A stretch of 64,000 nucleotides of DNA from Octopus sinensis (Eukaryota). Below, piece by piece: positions 12,574 to 26,941 of the stretch (position 1 is the stretch's first letter; each line of letters starts with the position of its first letter). The position numbers were made by a program, and so were the translations under genes. Where the stretch lies: contig NC_043005.1 of the NCBI RefSeq assembly GCF_006345805.1, positions 57,784,001 through 57,848,000 on the forward strand. Direction: 5' to 3'. The notes below the pieces were generated by a model. That model saw only the letters and a program-made list of their open reading frames with translations, did no database searches and had not been told where the DNA came from.

Positions 12574-12577
<4 letters not shown>
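11549..12577 (+). repeat. Unit bounded by about 240-bp direct repeats (11549-11789 and 12341-12577)
   Basis: Both repeats start ggacagctgatgaa and end tttattacactatt, with few differences. Confidence 0.85.
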
Positions 12578-12609
<32 letters not shown>

Positions 12610-12879
12610 TTTTATAAGCTTGAAACTTATAGCGATCAACGCGCAATGACTAAGGACTAATAATGGGGCATATAAGCCTTCGACAGAAAAAAAATGTAGG
12701 TTTTCCGGCACGCATGGGACTCGAACTCACATCCCTTTCTTTACGCGACTAATTCTGTTACCGATTACACCAGCAAACTAACTTGGTTTTGCCTTTCTAA
12801 TTTAAGAACTATATTAGTTCGTAGTAAACGAACTTTCATGTACTTTCATTGTAAATGGTTTTGTTAAGCAGTGTCGAGT

Positions 12880-12949
<70 letters not shown>

Positions 12950-13433
12950 GAAGGGTGCTGAAATGTTCTTTGCTTTGGGTAAAAGAAAATACAGAATGGT
13001 CAGTTAATTATAATTTTATTCAACATATTCCACTCTCAGATTCACACACTTATTGCAGTGGTCCTTCAGTTTTTCAAGCCCTGTAAAAGAACTCGGAAGA
13101 TTGGGCTGCCAACCAGGTCTTTCGCGACACCCTTAAAGCCAGGAAGTTTTCAGCCCCCCCCCCATATATGTGTATGTATATATAGTTATATGTGTGTGTA
13201 TTGGGTTGATGCTTAATTATCGCGTTTTTTTCCAACAAATTTTATTCAACAAAAACAATAACATGTTACAAAATCGTCTGTAAATGATTATTCCGGAGCA
13301 TATTCACCACCTACTTCAATTACGGCTTCCCATTTGCTTGGAAGACGGTCAGACCGTCATTTAAAGATGTTTTTGTTAACTATCGTTTGTTATTGTTTTG
13401 TTGAAAAAAAGCCGCAATAATTATGCACCAACC

Positions 13434-13436
<3 letters not shown>

Positions 13437-13528
<92 letters not shown>

Positions 13529-13615
13529 TATATACATTATATATACATATATATATATATACATATATATATACATATATTAATATACATATATATATAC
13601 ATATATATATACATA

Positions 13616-13661
<46 letters not shown>

Positions 13662-13727
13662 TATTATACAATATATACATACATATATACCTACATATAT
13701 ACATACATATATAACATACATATATAT

Positions 13728-13775
<48 letters not shown>
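13437..13775. repeat. Long interrupted (TA)n microsatellite
   Basis: Directly visible. Confidence 0.95.
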
Positions 13776-13778
<3 letters not shown>

Positions 13779-13915
13779 GTCTTAGGCCAACCGCATCAAC
13801 AGTAACAAAATGAAAAACAAAACAAAACAAAAAAAGTAATACGAATAATAAAAACACAAATAAAAATGTTATTAATAAAGTGAGACATATGAAATGTCTT
13901 CCGTGTATTCTTTCT

Positions 13916-14098
13916 TTAAAAAATGGTAAAATGAAAAACGGACAGGAAAAGACAGAGAGAAGAAGTTATTGTGGCTGCGCTGCTGATAAGTTCCGTTCTT
14001 TTTTGCAACCAATTCAAAGCGTCGTTCTTCCCCTGTCTCATTAATTCAGGGCCAATTATATCCTCGCACAGCTTGTTGTAATTATTCAACCAATAAAT
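13916..14098 (-). CDS. XPNPEP2: XPNPEP2-like last coding exon with GPI-anchor signal and stop
   Basis: taacag|[60 protein letters not shown]; small-residue omega region plus hydrophobic tail; TAA at 13918-13916. Confidence 0.93.
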   Translation of the reverse strand: MYWLNNYNKLCEDIIGPELMRQGKNDALNWLQKRTELISSAATITSSLCLFLSVFHFTIF

Positions 14099-15938
14099 CT
14101 GTTAATCGAGAAAATAAAAGAAAAAAAAAGAAATAGTTAAACAAATTTAAGAAATCTTAATTACTTATTAAATAATTAAATTGATATAACATAGGATTTT
14201 AGAAACCCCGATAGAGCATGAAATAAATTGTTTTTAAGGGTGGAACTTGAAGTAGATAACGTGTAGAATATTGCGTTAAAAACTACGAAGGTAATAGCGT
14301 GTATATATCGGGTTAAAAAATCCTTGGATGGGAAAAAAGTTGGATGGGACTCGAATCCTCATCCCCGAAAGACGTTCTACTATTGTACCAAAGCAAGCCA
14401 TCGAATTTTGCTATCCATTTTAGGCGCTTTGTTCTTAGCTAGAACTTTTGTTTGTCATAGGATTGTAGAAACTTGAATGACATTAAATAAATCGTTTTAT
14501 TGGTAGAACTCGAAATAGATAAAGCTATAAATAACAACGCGTAAATATTGGACGCTAAATGGCGAATTGGTAGTCGTTAGAATGTTTGACAAAATGCTTG
14601 GCAGTATTTGTTCTAGCTCTCTTCACTCAAAGTTCAAATCCCGCCGGACAATAATGTCCCAACCCTCCCCTAATATTCATTTCCATTTTGTCTCAAATCA
14701 CAAACTCCAGAGTACTTCCCAGTCCTTCCTATCAGAAACGCAGGATTCTGGAACTTTCTCCTTTCCCTCATTTTTCTCATAGACATTAAACCACAACAGT
14801 TCAAGTCTGATATAACTCTCACTGGCTTCATCAGATATCTTGAGCCTGCAAAGGTCATGAGTATCATCCTCCTTAGATTAATGTTTAAAAATAGTTGGCC
14901 TTCATGATCACAACATAACGCTACCCTCAACAAAATCTCCCCTCCGACGTAACGTTGCCCTTTGACATAAAATTTCCCCTTAACACAACTCTTTTCTTTA
15001 ACGTAACACTGCTCTTTAACACAAAATATTTTGGGCATGTTGGCCACAAATAAAGTAGTTGTTTTCACAAGGTTCGTCAAGAGAAATCAACAAGAACGAT
15101 TTTTCTGTTGATTCCTTCAGGCTTAAGCAAAATTATGTACGCTCAACACTGTAATTAAAGCAACATTGTTGGTTTTACGCTATGCATATTCTATATCAAT
15201 TATGTCACACCATTAGCATCGCAGTTTATTTTGGTAAATCAATAATAACCTCCTTCTTAAAGAAGCACGCGTAACATTTAATAATTTCCCTGGGGAAATA
15301 TTCTTTAGATTTTGCTAACCGTAAATGTGAAACTGTGGCTCCATTCATACAGCTTATGGTTTATTGCATAGCATATTCAAAACATTTTACATTTCATCAA
15401 ATATTTCAGTTCCTTCCCGAATTATACTGTTGACCATTAGTAAAGAACCTCAGCTGTTTACTGTATAAAAATGTACCTTTTGAGCGTTAAGTATATATGC
15501 CAGGAATGTAGTACAACAAAGCAAAGCTGTTAACTCATCGATTCCTTCAGCCCAGCAAATTCTTCAAGTTCAAGTTGCTGTCTACAGGTAATCAGCCATC
15601 GTAAAAGAGAGCTGCTGGCTACTAATCGAACCTCGTGCTAATCCCTTATTAAATTGTATCAAAACTACAGACTTATAGGCGCAGACATATAAGTCTGTAT
15701 GCTTGTGAGGTTCATGCGCAATCACTTAATTCCGGGTTCGATCACATTGCAACGCTTCTTATGCAAGTATCTTCTATAGCAGCCTCAGGCAAACAAATAC
15801 TTTATAAGCAGATTGTGTTAAATAGAAACTATGATAGCCGTTTTATATATACATTTATATATACATACATATATACACACATGTACATATGTATACAGAT
15901 ATACATGCATATACTTATATACGTCCTGTACCCATATA

Positions 15939-15983
<45 letters not shown>

Positions 15984-16475
15984 TATATTATATTTATATA
16001 TATATATATACATATAATGGAACAATTACTATGTAGCAATGTAGAATATATTGTATAAAGGATTGTGGGTAAGGCCAAAACAAGGCGAAGTAAATGCAAG
16101 GCAAATCACAAGAAAAATATATGAATTAATGTAGACTTATCTTGTATTCAATATTTCAGAGTTATGACTCCATTTTCAAGAAAATAAACTGTTATTTTCG
16201 CATTGTTTTGGCCTTCCCCACGATCATTTATACAACACCCACACACACACATGCATATATATATATATAAGTACAAAAATGAAATATTTGCTGAGGGTAA
16301 TAGGAATGATAAAATTTCTTGAGGACGGTGTTCCAGTATAGTCGCTCCCCACTGACTTAAATATTAAGCTATTTCTTAAAGTCTGACAATATAAGATTTC
16401 TGAATGACCTTATTAAATCTATTATATTTATGATGGTCAACGATGTTTCAGTTGCTAATGACATTTTTCACATAC

Positions 16476-16574
16476 CTGGTCTTTACTCAGCATAGAATAG
16501 TCAATGAGATTCGGTTCGAAAGGTACCAGTGTAATAGGTTTGAATTTGAAAAAATTGAAGTTCATGAATCGATA
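16476..16574 (-). CDS. XPNPEP2: XPNPEP2-like exon
   Basis: tttcag|...|gtatgt; 99 nt; YRFMNFNFFKFKPITLVPFEPNLIDYSMLSKDQ. Confidence 0.95.
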
Positions 16575-19259
16575 CTGAAAAATAAAAGCAAGCATGAAAG
16601 ACATTTTACATTAGATGAATAGGTTAATTTCTTTAAAGAATGAGGTACAACATTTGTACACACACACACACGCACCACATGCATTAAAAAGCAACAACAA
16701 AGTGTTCCTGAACCTTAGAAATATACACTGTCGATCCTAAATTTTTAGGTTGATGAAAAACTAAATTTCTTTCGGGACAATGGTCTGCTGTAAGTTTTTT
16801 GTTGTTGTTGTTTTATGGGGAGGGCAGCTGAGATAACATCAGCAGTGTAACGATACACTTCTCAGCTGCATTGTGCTATTGGTGTCACTTATGTTGAAAC
16901 TTACAATCTTTCTAAGAATATTTCAATGTTCACTTTTACGCACAGAATTCTGCTTGTGTTTCTTGTACTGTTGTAGAATAATGATAATTGTTTCTGATGT
17001 AGATATGTTAAATAGCGAAGAGCTGAATGCATGCGTACTGGCGTTTTCAGACAACTTCACTCCTCCGACCTCCTCTCTTACTATCCAATGACACTTCTAC
17101 TATTCCTCATGCTTTACTCCTCTCTCACAATTCAATGACTCTTCTACTATTCTACATTCTTGTTTTTTTTCTTCTTAATCCTAACATTTTGAAAAAATAT
17201 TTCTCTAAGTATTATAACTATATCAAGTAATTTAAGCACAACATATGCTTCATAACGTTTGGAACTGAAATACGTATTGAGCTCACTCTCTCATACAATA
17301 TTAACTCTCATAACTCTCTACTATAAAAATGTTGGAAACTTAGTATTATTTCAGATATTAATAAAATTTGTCGGACCTGTTTTCATGCCGTCGGCCGTCG
17401 GAACTATGGGAACTTAGCACACTCCGACTGCATGAAAATAGATCCGATTAATTTTATTATTACCTTAAAAAATACTAAAAAAGACCAAATTTCAAACATC
17501 TTTATGTTTAATACGTTTAGAGTAATTCCAACTATAAAAATCGCACTTTAAAATAGTGCTTAGCGACAGTGGCGTAATTTTCCTTCAAACTACGTAGAAG
17601 AGTTTTGACACGTACCAGCTACCATAAATAAATAATTGTTCTAGGAAAGTAAGACCCTACTTTCATTAAATTGTCTTTTAAGTGGCAGCAGAAGAATTAT
17701 TGTTGAACTTTTAAAAGGTAAATTTATTGTTGCCTACGGCCAGCTATATGTTAGTTGTTCAAGGTGAGGGAATGGAAACAAGCTATTTGTACTGACCCCG
17801 CTAGGGCAGCTTTTAAGCTAGTGTATAATATATATATATATAATATATAATATATATATAAAATTGATCAAAAATAAAAAAATGATGCCAAGGATTCAGC
17901 GGTTACATATGTTTCGGGCCTTTATTAGACAGATTTTATTTGATCAATTCACTTGGCATCATGTTTTTATTTTGATCAATTTACTCCACCACCTACAACA
18001 CCAAACGGTATACAAGGTGCTTATAATTATCAAGTACTCACCCCGAATTTCTATATATATATATATATATATAAACATCAACCACACTTTTCGATTATAA
18101 ATAGAAAGCTACAATGCCTTGTTGAGTTAGAGAAGCTTTTGCAATCAATGGGGATTTAACCAACGGTAATGTTAGATTTAATGTAGATTTTGACCGTGCC
18201 ACGGATAAGGAACAATGGTGAAAGCAGATTGACGGCCGACATTGTATGCTCAACATGTCTTAATTTGTAGAATATACCTTATGATGTTGATGGAAGAAGA
18301 GACTTTGAAACAGAAACATCATAAGCCAACACTCTTTCTTGACACTAATTCGTACTGATATAAAAGATACACAAAGACACTAGATTGTGTGGCTACAATG
18401 GTCATCCCATGATCGTAATGTCCCCGGTACAATTCCTGGGCCAGGCGGTACATTGTGTCCTTGAGCAAAGCACTTCATTCCACGTTGGTCTAGTCTACAC
18501 AAATATACCAACCCTCTCTCCTTGCACTTGTGACATCGTGTATCGTGTATGATCTGCTGGCAAAATTTAAGGGTCTATACCTACATCTTTGCCTCGTAGC
18601 AACAACGAGTGAAAGTATTATACATGTTACTAAGTCATACTCTCTAAGAGTTTCTCACTCTTATATATATATATATTATATGCACATCACTGTATTGACT
18701 AGACTATTGGATGTTATTATATACATTGCTGGCCGCCATGCGCTTCGTCGTATTGTCGTAGCTTTTCAAATGATGCCATCCTGCTGGTTAGACAGGCAGG
18801 CCTATACCATAGTGATGACTGAGATCCCCTATGTTAAATGTGTTTCGTCCCTATATTTGATGAGTAACTTCCTTCACCGGCAAGTCACCTTTTATTAAAA
18901 AAATGTTGAGGTTTAGTTCAAATTCAGCTTTGGTAATTTGCGGCCAAAGATATTCCAAACAGTACAATCCCATCTCATTTTATTCTTAATGACATTAAGT
19001 GATTTCAATTTGGCTGCTATTTTTTTGAAGAAAATGCAACTACATAGCCTCTCTCTCTCGTTGATGGTGATAAGGAATGAAATATGTCTGATATTTCTGT
19101 CTTCCAGCATCGGCATTAATTGCATAAATGAAGTTAAATATAACCTACATACTGGCGACTCGGATAAACCCTAAATCCTTCCAAATATACTTTACTGCTT
19201 TAAACAAAGCAAAAGTACATTAAAAATTATCAGAAAAGCAAGATGAAAATTGTTCTTAC

Positions 19260-19336
19260 CTTGGTTGTCGCATTTTGAACCATCAATATGGTTTCCAGAC
19301 GTATTCCAAATGCACCTGCTTCATAAAACCCGGGCT
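19260..19336 (-). CDS. XPNPEP2: XPNPEP2-like exon (two metal-ligand Glu)
   Basis: ttgcag|...|gtaaga; 77 nt; (E)PGFYEAGAFGIRLETILMVQNATTK. Confidence 0.97.
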
Positions 19337-19610
19337 CTGCAATTATTGACGGAAAATATAGACGTGATTAGAAAGAAATAATAATGTAGATTAATGTGCG
19401 CACGCGCAGAGACTCGCGTAATTGCTTTAAATTCACTAGCTTTCTATACATACATATATATACATACATACATACATACATACATACATACATACATACT
19501 ACATACATACATACATACATACATACATACATACGTACGTACGTACGTATATATAAGTATAAATGTCGAAACTTTGGTTGTATAAAAACCGTTGTGATAG
19601 AAATGCTTAC

Positions 19611-19679
19611 CATCGGATAAGAACATACCGACCATCAAAGGAGTAAGATGATAAGGCGGGTTTGAGAAAGCGCTTGGGC
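19611..19679 (-). CDS. XPNPEP2: XPNPEP2-like exon
   Basis: acacag|...|gtaagc; 69 nt; PSAFSNPPYHLTPLMVGMFLSD(E). Confidence 0.93.
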
Positions 19680-20409
19680 CTGTGTATATATAAAAAAATA
19701 TTATATGTTATTTATCTGAAACTGATGGCATTCTCTGTCACTACTCCGAGTTTCCAGCGACCGTACATTCATCCAGTTACTTTGAAAGAGCAGAAACGTA
19801 GAAACATGTGAAAATTGAAGTAATGGTGGAGAAGAATATCTGCTTCGAATGATTAAAGATTGCTACATGCATTTTATATATGAGTGACGTTAACGTTTAC
19901 AAGATGTAAAGAAGAAGAAGAATGTAGGAGTAGCTGTGTGGTAAGTAGCTTGCTTACCAACCACATGGTTGCGGGTTCAGTCCCACTGCATGGCACCTTG
20001 GGCAAGTATTTTCTACTATAGCCTCGGGCCGGCCAAAGCCTTGTGAGTGGATTTGGTAGATGGAAATTGAAAGAAGCCCGTCGTATATATGTGTATATAT
20101 ATATGTGTGTGTATATGTTTGTGTGTGTGTGTTTGTCTCCCAACATCGCTTGACAATCGATGCTGGTGTGTTTACGTCCCCGTAACTTAGCGGTTCGGCA
20201 AAAGCGACCGATAGAATAAGTACTAGGCTTACAAAGAATAAGTCCTGGGGTGGGTGGGGGTCGATTTGGTCGACTAAAGGCGGTGCTCCAGCATGGCCAC
20301 AGTCAAATAACTGAAACAAGTAAAAGATTAAATGAATAGATGCAGTGAGACTCGTAGTGACTATGAAAGAAAAAAAATCGCGCTTCGTTGGTTGTTTATT
20401 TCTTTTTAC

Positions 20410-20514
20410 CTTCATGAACACTGAGATACGCTCCGATTCCGTGTCCGGTTCCATGCATATATTGTAACCCTACATTCCACAAGTGACGTCTTGCCAGGGC
20501 ATCGAGTGCGTATC
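20410..20514 (-). CDS. XPNPEP2: XPNPEP2-like exon (HGTGHG metal-ligand His)
   Basis: ttttag|...|gtaaaa; 105 nt; [34 protein letters not shown](G). Confidence 0.97.
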
Positions 20515-22066
20515 CTAAAATGATATTTATGAGAAAAAAAAAATTGATTTAAAAATTAGCGCAAAAAATAAAATAAAAGAAAGAATAATTGCTGTAAAGT
20601 ACCATATGAAATCAAACGTTGAGCGATATTTTCAAATGTCTGGATATTATCTGTAAAAAAAAAAAAACTGGCTCTCCGTCGGTTATGACGACGAGGATTC
20701 CCGTCGATCCGATCAACGGAACAGCCTACTCGTGAAATTAACGTGCAAATGGCTAAGCACTCCAAGAACACACCTACCCTTAAGATAGTTCTCAGGGAGA
20801 TTCAGCGTGGCACGGGATGCGACAAGACTGGCGCCTTTGAAATACAGGCGCTACTCATTTTTGGACAGGAGCGCCGTAAAATAAGCTCTTGTTTCTCCCT
20901 TCATCATTTTCCTCTGCTTTTTTTTTTTTACTACTCTAACCATTACATAAAAGAAACGCGTTTCTTTCGAATGTCTATAGAACCTCTTCGTTTAAGACCT
21001 TTGCATTTACTTTGATTGCAACCATACTTCTTTGAACAATAGCATGACCAGGCATTCAGATCTAGAATTAGAAAATCCAGTAGAACAAAATCCGTTTTGC
21101 TGGAAACCCAGACAAAATATCTAGCAGGATGATATAGTTCTTGATAGATAATTTGAACTGCATAATTCTAACTATTCCATTTTATGTGATAACAGATTAG
21201 CTTTGAGTTGCCATTGCTTTTCATCGACTGATTGATTCTTAGGAATGCTGTTGCGCCATACGCTTTATCACGGGCATCTAATTCTGAAAGAGCCCATCTC
21301 TCTTCTGGTCTGACGACAGAAGGAGATAGAGTAAGAAAGAAAAAAAGTGACACCAGTATTTTATGTATCGACCCCGAAGGAATTAAAGGTGAGGTTGACT
21401 TCTCCGGAATTTGAACTCAGAAGACTCTTTAACGGCTATGTTGACCAAAGTCATTTAGTAAAGTTGGCAGATTTGGTTATTAGTCTGTCACGGAGAATGA
21501 ATTTTCAATTCAATTCCTTTGTTTGAAACAACAGTTTATTTTTTAAATATTGACGGTAATATTAATTTCAAATTTTGGCACAAGGCCAGCAACTTCGGGG
21601 GAAGGAGTTCAATCGATTACATTGACCCCAGTACACAACTGGTACTTATTTAAATCGATCCCGGCATTTGAACTCAGAACGTAAAGACGGTCGAATCCAT
21701 GCATTTGTGCGTAATGAAAAGATATATAGGTATATAGGAGATGGGCCAAGGAGGAGAAAATGATGTAAACTGATAGGATGAATGTTAACAGAGTTCCTTG
21801 AAGAATTTATTAGCTGAATTGCAAGGATCTCTGGAGAAACCAACGTTTCTGATTATTGCTGGTCGTATGCGAGCAAGAAGAATGGAGAAGGCAGTTTTGC
21901 TGGTTGGTAATGAACAGTAAAAAAATGCTGAATGTTGAAAAGAGTGTATGAATGAGAGAAGAAACGTTAATGAGTTAAATAGAAGGTAAATGTAAGAAAT
22001 TTCTATGTATGTATGTATGTTGTATGTATGTATGTATGTATGTATGTATGTATGTATGCATGCATA

Positions 22067-22139
<73 letters not shown>

Positions 22140-22625
22140 TTTTCTCCATATATAATATATATATCGCTTATATGCATATAATATAAAATAGCTTTCTCCG
22201 GCAGTCTGGCGAATGCAATTACACCGAAACTTCGAGTAACTGTCAAAACTTCGTTTTAAAAATAATGAGCTTATACTGTTGGGTATCGATTGACCATTCA
22301 ATTGATGTTTGATTGTTTTTATATTTTTTTTATACAACACTACATAAACACACGCACGCGCGTGCACACACATACGTGTACCACACCAAAAAACAGAACA
22401 CAGACACTCTAACAGTCACTTCAAAAACAACTTCTTCTATGACCGCTTCAATAATGATCACAAACGTTAACAAACACATAATTATAAATAAATGCTATAA
22501 TAATTTCATTATAGAGGTAGTTATCATTAGTATATTACGTAGGTGTCGTTTCGTCAGGGGTGTTTTTTTTTTCAAAATATTAAAATCTCGATTAGCGTTG
22601 ATGATTTATATATATATATATATAT

Positions 22626-23006
22626 GGAAGCGCTCCGTCGGTTACGACGACGAGGGTTCCGGTTGATCCGAATCAACGGAACAGCCTGCTCATGAAATTA
22701 ACGTGTAAGTGGCTGAGCACTCCACAGACACGTGTACCCTTAACGTAGTTCTCGGGGATATTCAGCGTGACACAGAGAGTGACAAGGCCGACCCTTTGAA
22801 ATACAGGTGCAACAGAAACAGGAAGTAAGAGTGAGAGAAAGTTGTGGTGAAAGAGTACAGCAGGGATCACTACCATCCCCTGCCGGAGCCTCGTGGAGCT
22901 TTAGGTGTTTTCGCTCAATAAACACACACAACGCCCGGTCTGGGAATCGAAACCGCGATCCTATGACCGCGAGTCCGCTGCCCTAACCACTGGGCCATTG
23001 CGCCTC

Positions 23007-23009
<3 letters not shown>
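22626..23009 (-). mobile_element. tRNA-derived SINE family B; copy at 59886-60266(+), partial at about 20652-20880(-)
   Basis: Head gtggaggcgcaatggcc.agtggttagggcagcggactcgcgg...tcgattcccagacc; tail ggaaccctcgtcgtcgtaaccgacggag. Confidence 0.9.
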
Positions 23010-23093
<84 letters not shown>

Positions 23094-24699
23094 ATATATA
23101 TGCATATATTTGTGTATATATAATATGTGTGTGTGTGTATGTATGTATGCGTGTTGTGTGTGTATAACACCACAGTAGTGAACATAAAAAATATAAAAAA
23201 ACAAAAGAAAGAAATAGAAAATGTCAGACAGAAACGATATGATGATACTGCTAATAATTCGCATAAACATAGGATGTCCTCATATCAGCCAAACTATTGT
23301 AGCGAAGCGACCAATTACTTTCAGCTTCAGTGGTCAGACAGCCAGCTGGCAAGAGGTTAAACACAATGTGCAGGCTGATGGATTACAGATATGATGTGTT
23401 TATAAAGTTATATTTAAAAAATTGGTTAGAAGAGTTCGGATGTGTATAAACTCACATATTCGTAAACATATATACAGTTCATGCAGGTATACACACACAC
23501 ACACACAACCACACACACTCACACATATACATGTACGCAACGAAACATAAGATGAACATAGAAGTATATATATATATATATATAAGCGTTCAAACACGCA
23601 GCAAATTTTATATATATATATATATATACATACACATATATATACACACATATATATACATATATATACATATATATATACATATATATACATATATATG
23701 CATATATAAATACATATATATATATACATACATATATACATACATACATATATACATACATATATACATACATACATACATATACATACATATATATACA
23801 TACTTACATACATACATATATATACATATATATATATACACACACATACATGCATATATTTTATATATATGTATATGTATGTATATGTACATGCATACAC
23901 ACGCATACACAGACACATACATATAAATATATATTCACAAATGTATATAAACACATGTACATACATGTACACATATGTACGTACACAGTTACGCAAATTA
24001 GAATAAATCCAAAGTTTAGATAATATAAAATAAAATTTTAATAAAAATTTTAATTCAGTTAAAATAGGATAAAATAAAATTTAAGGATTTATAATGAAAT
24101 ATAATTAAGGACAAAAATAAAATAAAATAAAATAAAATAAAATATCAGATCAATGATGTTGCAAGAATAAATACATTAAAAATAAGTAGAAATATATGTA
24201 ATTTGACTGGTACATTTTTATTTTATATTTTTGCTTCTACAACGTGTGTTATTATATAGTTCTTCAATTTTAACCTTATGAATATTTTTGGATCATATAA
24301 TTGCTAAAAGTTCAAGAAAATTTAAGATATACCAAAAATAAAAGAAAACTGGGTTATAAATTATACCTTTGAATTTTAGATTAAATAAACAGTCAGCGAG
24401 AGAGTTACTTAGGAATAATCATCATTCTATCTCTATTCCTAAGAATATTCAAAAATTTTAATTTTCATGGCGCAGCTCTGTTTTTATAAACTGGTTTATA
24501 GTATCCTTTTCATAAACTTAATGTTACTTTACAGTATATAAATTATAATTCCAACCATCCTAAATCAGTATTAAATTGTCTCGTTAGAAATAGGTTAATT
24601 AGAATTTCTCAGCTAATGAAAGGATTTTTAATGATAACGTTTCCTATTACAGCTAAGCCTTGATGAGAAGTGGCTATGACGAGAAAAATGATGTCTTTA

Positions 24700-26354
24700 A
24701 AACCAAACTAAAACTCCCACTTAATCAAATAAATGTACTTTTTAAAACTAATACAGCTTCAAAGGTAAAATTTGCGAACTTAAATGATAAAATACTAAGA
24801 CTACCTCTATAACTAGAGATAGTTTCTATAATTCAAAATCTCCAACTATGAAAAATAATCCACTTGGTAAAAATTTTAATTACAAAATTCGAGAACAAGG
24901 AAGCGCATTAGTAAATAAGAAACGGAGTGCTAATAACGCAGTGAATACACTGGAAACTAGTATTAATATTAATACTGTGTCTAAGTATACAAATAAAACA
25001 AATAAACCAATCGGTATACATGATAAAAAATAGTAATAACAGTAATATTAATAATATAAAAGCTTGTATAGCTGATAGAAATACTACTATTAATCAGTTC
25101 ACTGAATCTAGTCGAGTTGAGTTGATAGAGTGGCAACTCTTAATACTATATTGTGTAGAAGAAATAGTAATGTTTATGTTGCCTTTACTAATGATACTTT
25201 CCCAATACATGGTAACAGAAGAAGAAAACAGGAAAGAAATATTACTTGGTATAATCTTCCATTCTTCATACGAGTATAAACTTCTGTATTAAATTATCTC
25301 GTTAGAGATATGTTAATTAGAATTTCTCAGCTAATGAAAGAATTTTTAATGATAACGTTTCCTTATTACAGTTAAGCCTTGAAAGGCGGCGAGCTGGCAG
25401 AAACGTTAGCACGCCGGACGAAATGCGTAGCCGTATTTCGTCTGCCGTTACGTTCAGAGTTCAAATTCCGCCGAGGTCGACTTTGCCTTTCATGCTTTCG
25501 GGGTCGATAAATTAAGTACCAGTTACGCACTGGGGTGTCGATGTAATCGACTTAATCCATTTGTCTGTCCTTGATTGTCACCTCTATGTTTAGCCCCTTG
25601 TGGGCAATAAAGAAATATATTACAGTTTAAGCCTTGATGAGAAGTGGCTATGATGAGAAAATTTCATCCTCACCACTAATAAAGTTAAATTCTTAAAAGA
25701 CAACTGTCTAAACATAACTTTGCGGCTACGAAACGTTAAAGACTTTTTCACTTCCTGAGCGTTATACTAATACATCTGTTTGTTGTCTACACCACCTGTC
25801 TACGTCTTTTGTTTTTTTTTTTGTGAATTCTCCCTATATATATATATATATATATATTTATGTCATAAACTGAACAATAATACTAATCATGGCTCTAATA
25901 GTTTTATATCAAATTTAGCCACTCTGATGCTTAAGCCGAACTACTAAAACGAGTACGAAAATAAAACTTTAAATAACTGGAGGAATGAAATGATCAATCA
26001 CACATTCACTGCAATATTTCTTATAGCAATTATGCCACTAATAGTTTTCTTGTTGGTTTCCAAACCTGTACAGGCCCGAAAACTGAAAAGTAATTTGTTT
26101 GATAAGAACAATGAATTCGGTGTTACTGATAATTTTTCTTTAAAAAGCTAAGTGTCAGCGAAATAATGTATATAAATGTGCGGTATAAGCTCATAATTCA
26201 ACTCAGTTTAAATAGGCTCTACTCAAGTGTTTTTAACCAAAGGTTTTATTCGCACTATCACACAATCTCTAATGAAAAACTTAAAAACTCATCCTCTCTC
26301 GCTGGGTACATATTTAATCAAAAATTCAAGAAGGTTATTCATAATCTAAAATGA
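24700..26354 (+). pseudogene. Possible decayed rhodopsin-type GPCR remnants interrupted by a SINE and a Penelope fragment
   Basis: EIVMFMLPLLMILSQY (TM5-like F.LPL.I...Y), TFTAIFLIAIMPLIVFLLVS, NSSSLAGYIFNQKFKKVIHNLK (TM7/helix-8-like); many stops. Confidence 0.35.
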
Positions 26355-26732
26355 TTTGTCATAAACTCTAAAATTTACCCAGAAGAAAGGAAGGATCATC
26401 TTCTTTGTTATTTCTTTGTTGCCCACAAGGGGCTAAACACAGAGAGGATAAACAAGGACAGACAAACGATTATATCGCGTCCAGTGCGTAACTGCTACAA
26501 GAAATCGTTGAACGACAGTAAGTACGTCCAAAATTTATAAAGCAGTGACATACATACATACATAGATACTTGTAGCACACATGTATATACGTGCAGAGTG
26601 AAAATAAATCACACTATTTAATGTGACGGACTACACTGCAAAAAAATCAAAAATTTCATTTCTGTTTACAGACTTTCTCCGTGTCTATACGCACAAATAC
26701 TTTTATGTATACACACGCAATATTTAAGAAAA

Positions 26733-26880
26733 AAAGGAATATACACAAAAAAGAACGAAACATGTGTATATACACACACAATATTTAAGAACAAGGAATA
26801 TACACAAAAAAGAACGAAACATGTGTATATACACACACAATATTTAAGAACAAGGAATATACACAAAAAAGAACGAATCA
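26733..26880. repeat. About 2.5 tandem copies of a roughly 58-bp unit in the LINE 5' leader
   Basis: aaggaatatacacaaaaaagaacgaaacatgtgtatatacacacacaatatttaagaac repeated. Confidence 0.85.
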
Positions 26881-26941
26881 AAAACAAATATTTTATATTT
26901 TACTTTTATCGTATTGTTGTTTACATTTTCTGTCTCTACGG

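Noticed and set aside
14670-15080. 136-aa minus-strand ORF as an XPNPEP exon
   Set aside because: The gene is already contiguous from 16476 to 14098, and the ORF has no homology.
18278-18325. 9-bp stem enclosing TTGATGG...GAAAC (hammerhead-like)
   Set aside because: The core has several substitutions and there is no NUH site; too degenerate to call.
25020-25380. Resemblance to Cys-loop/chemotactile receptor M1-M2
   Set aside because: No Cys-loop or extracellular-domain motifs were found upstream; the GPCR TM5 pattern fits better, and both are weak.
26733-26880. Regularly spaced repeats as a CRISPR-like array
   Set aside because: These are head-to-tail units with no unique spacers, in a eukaryotic LINE leader.
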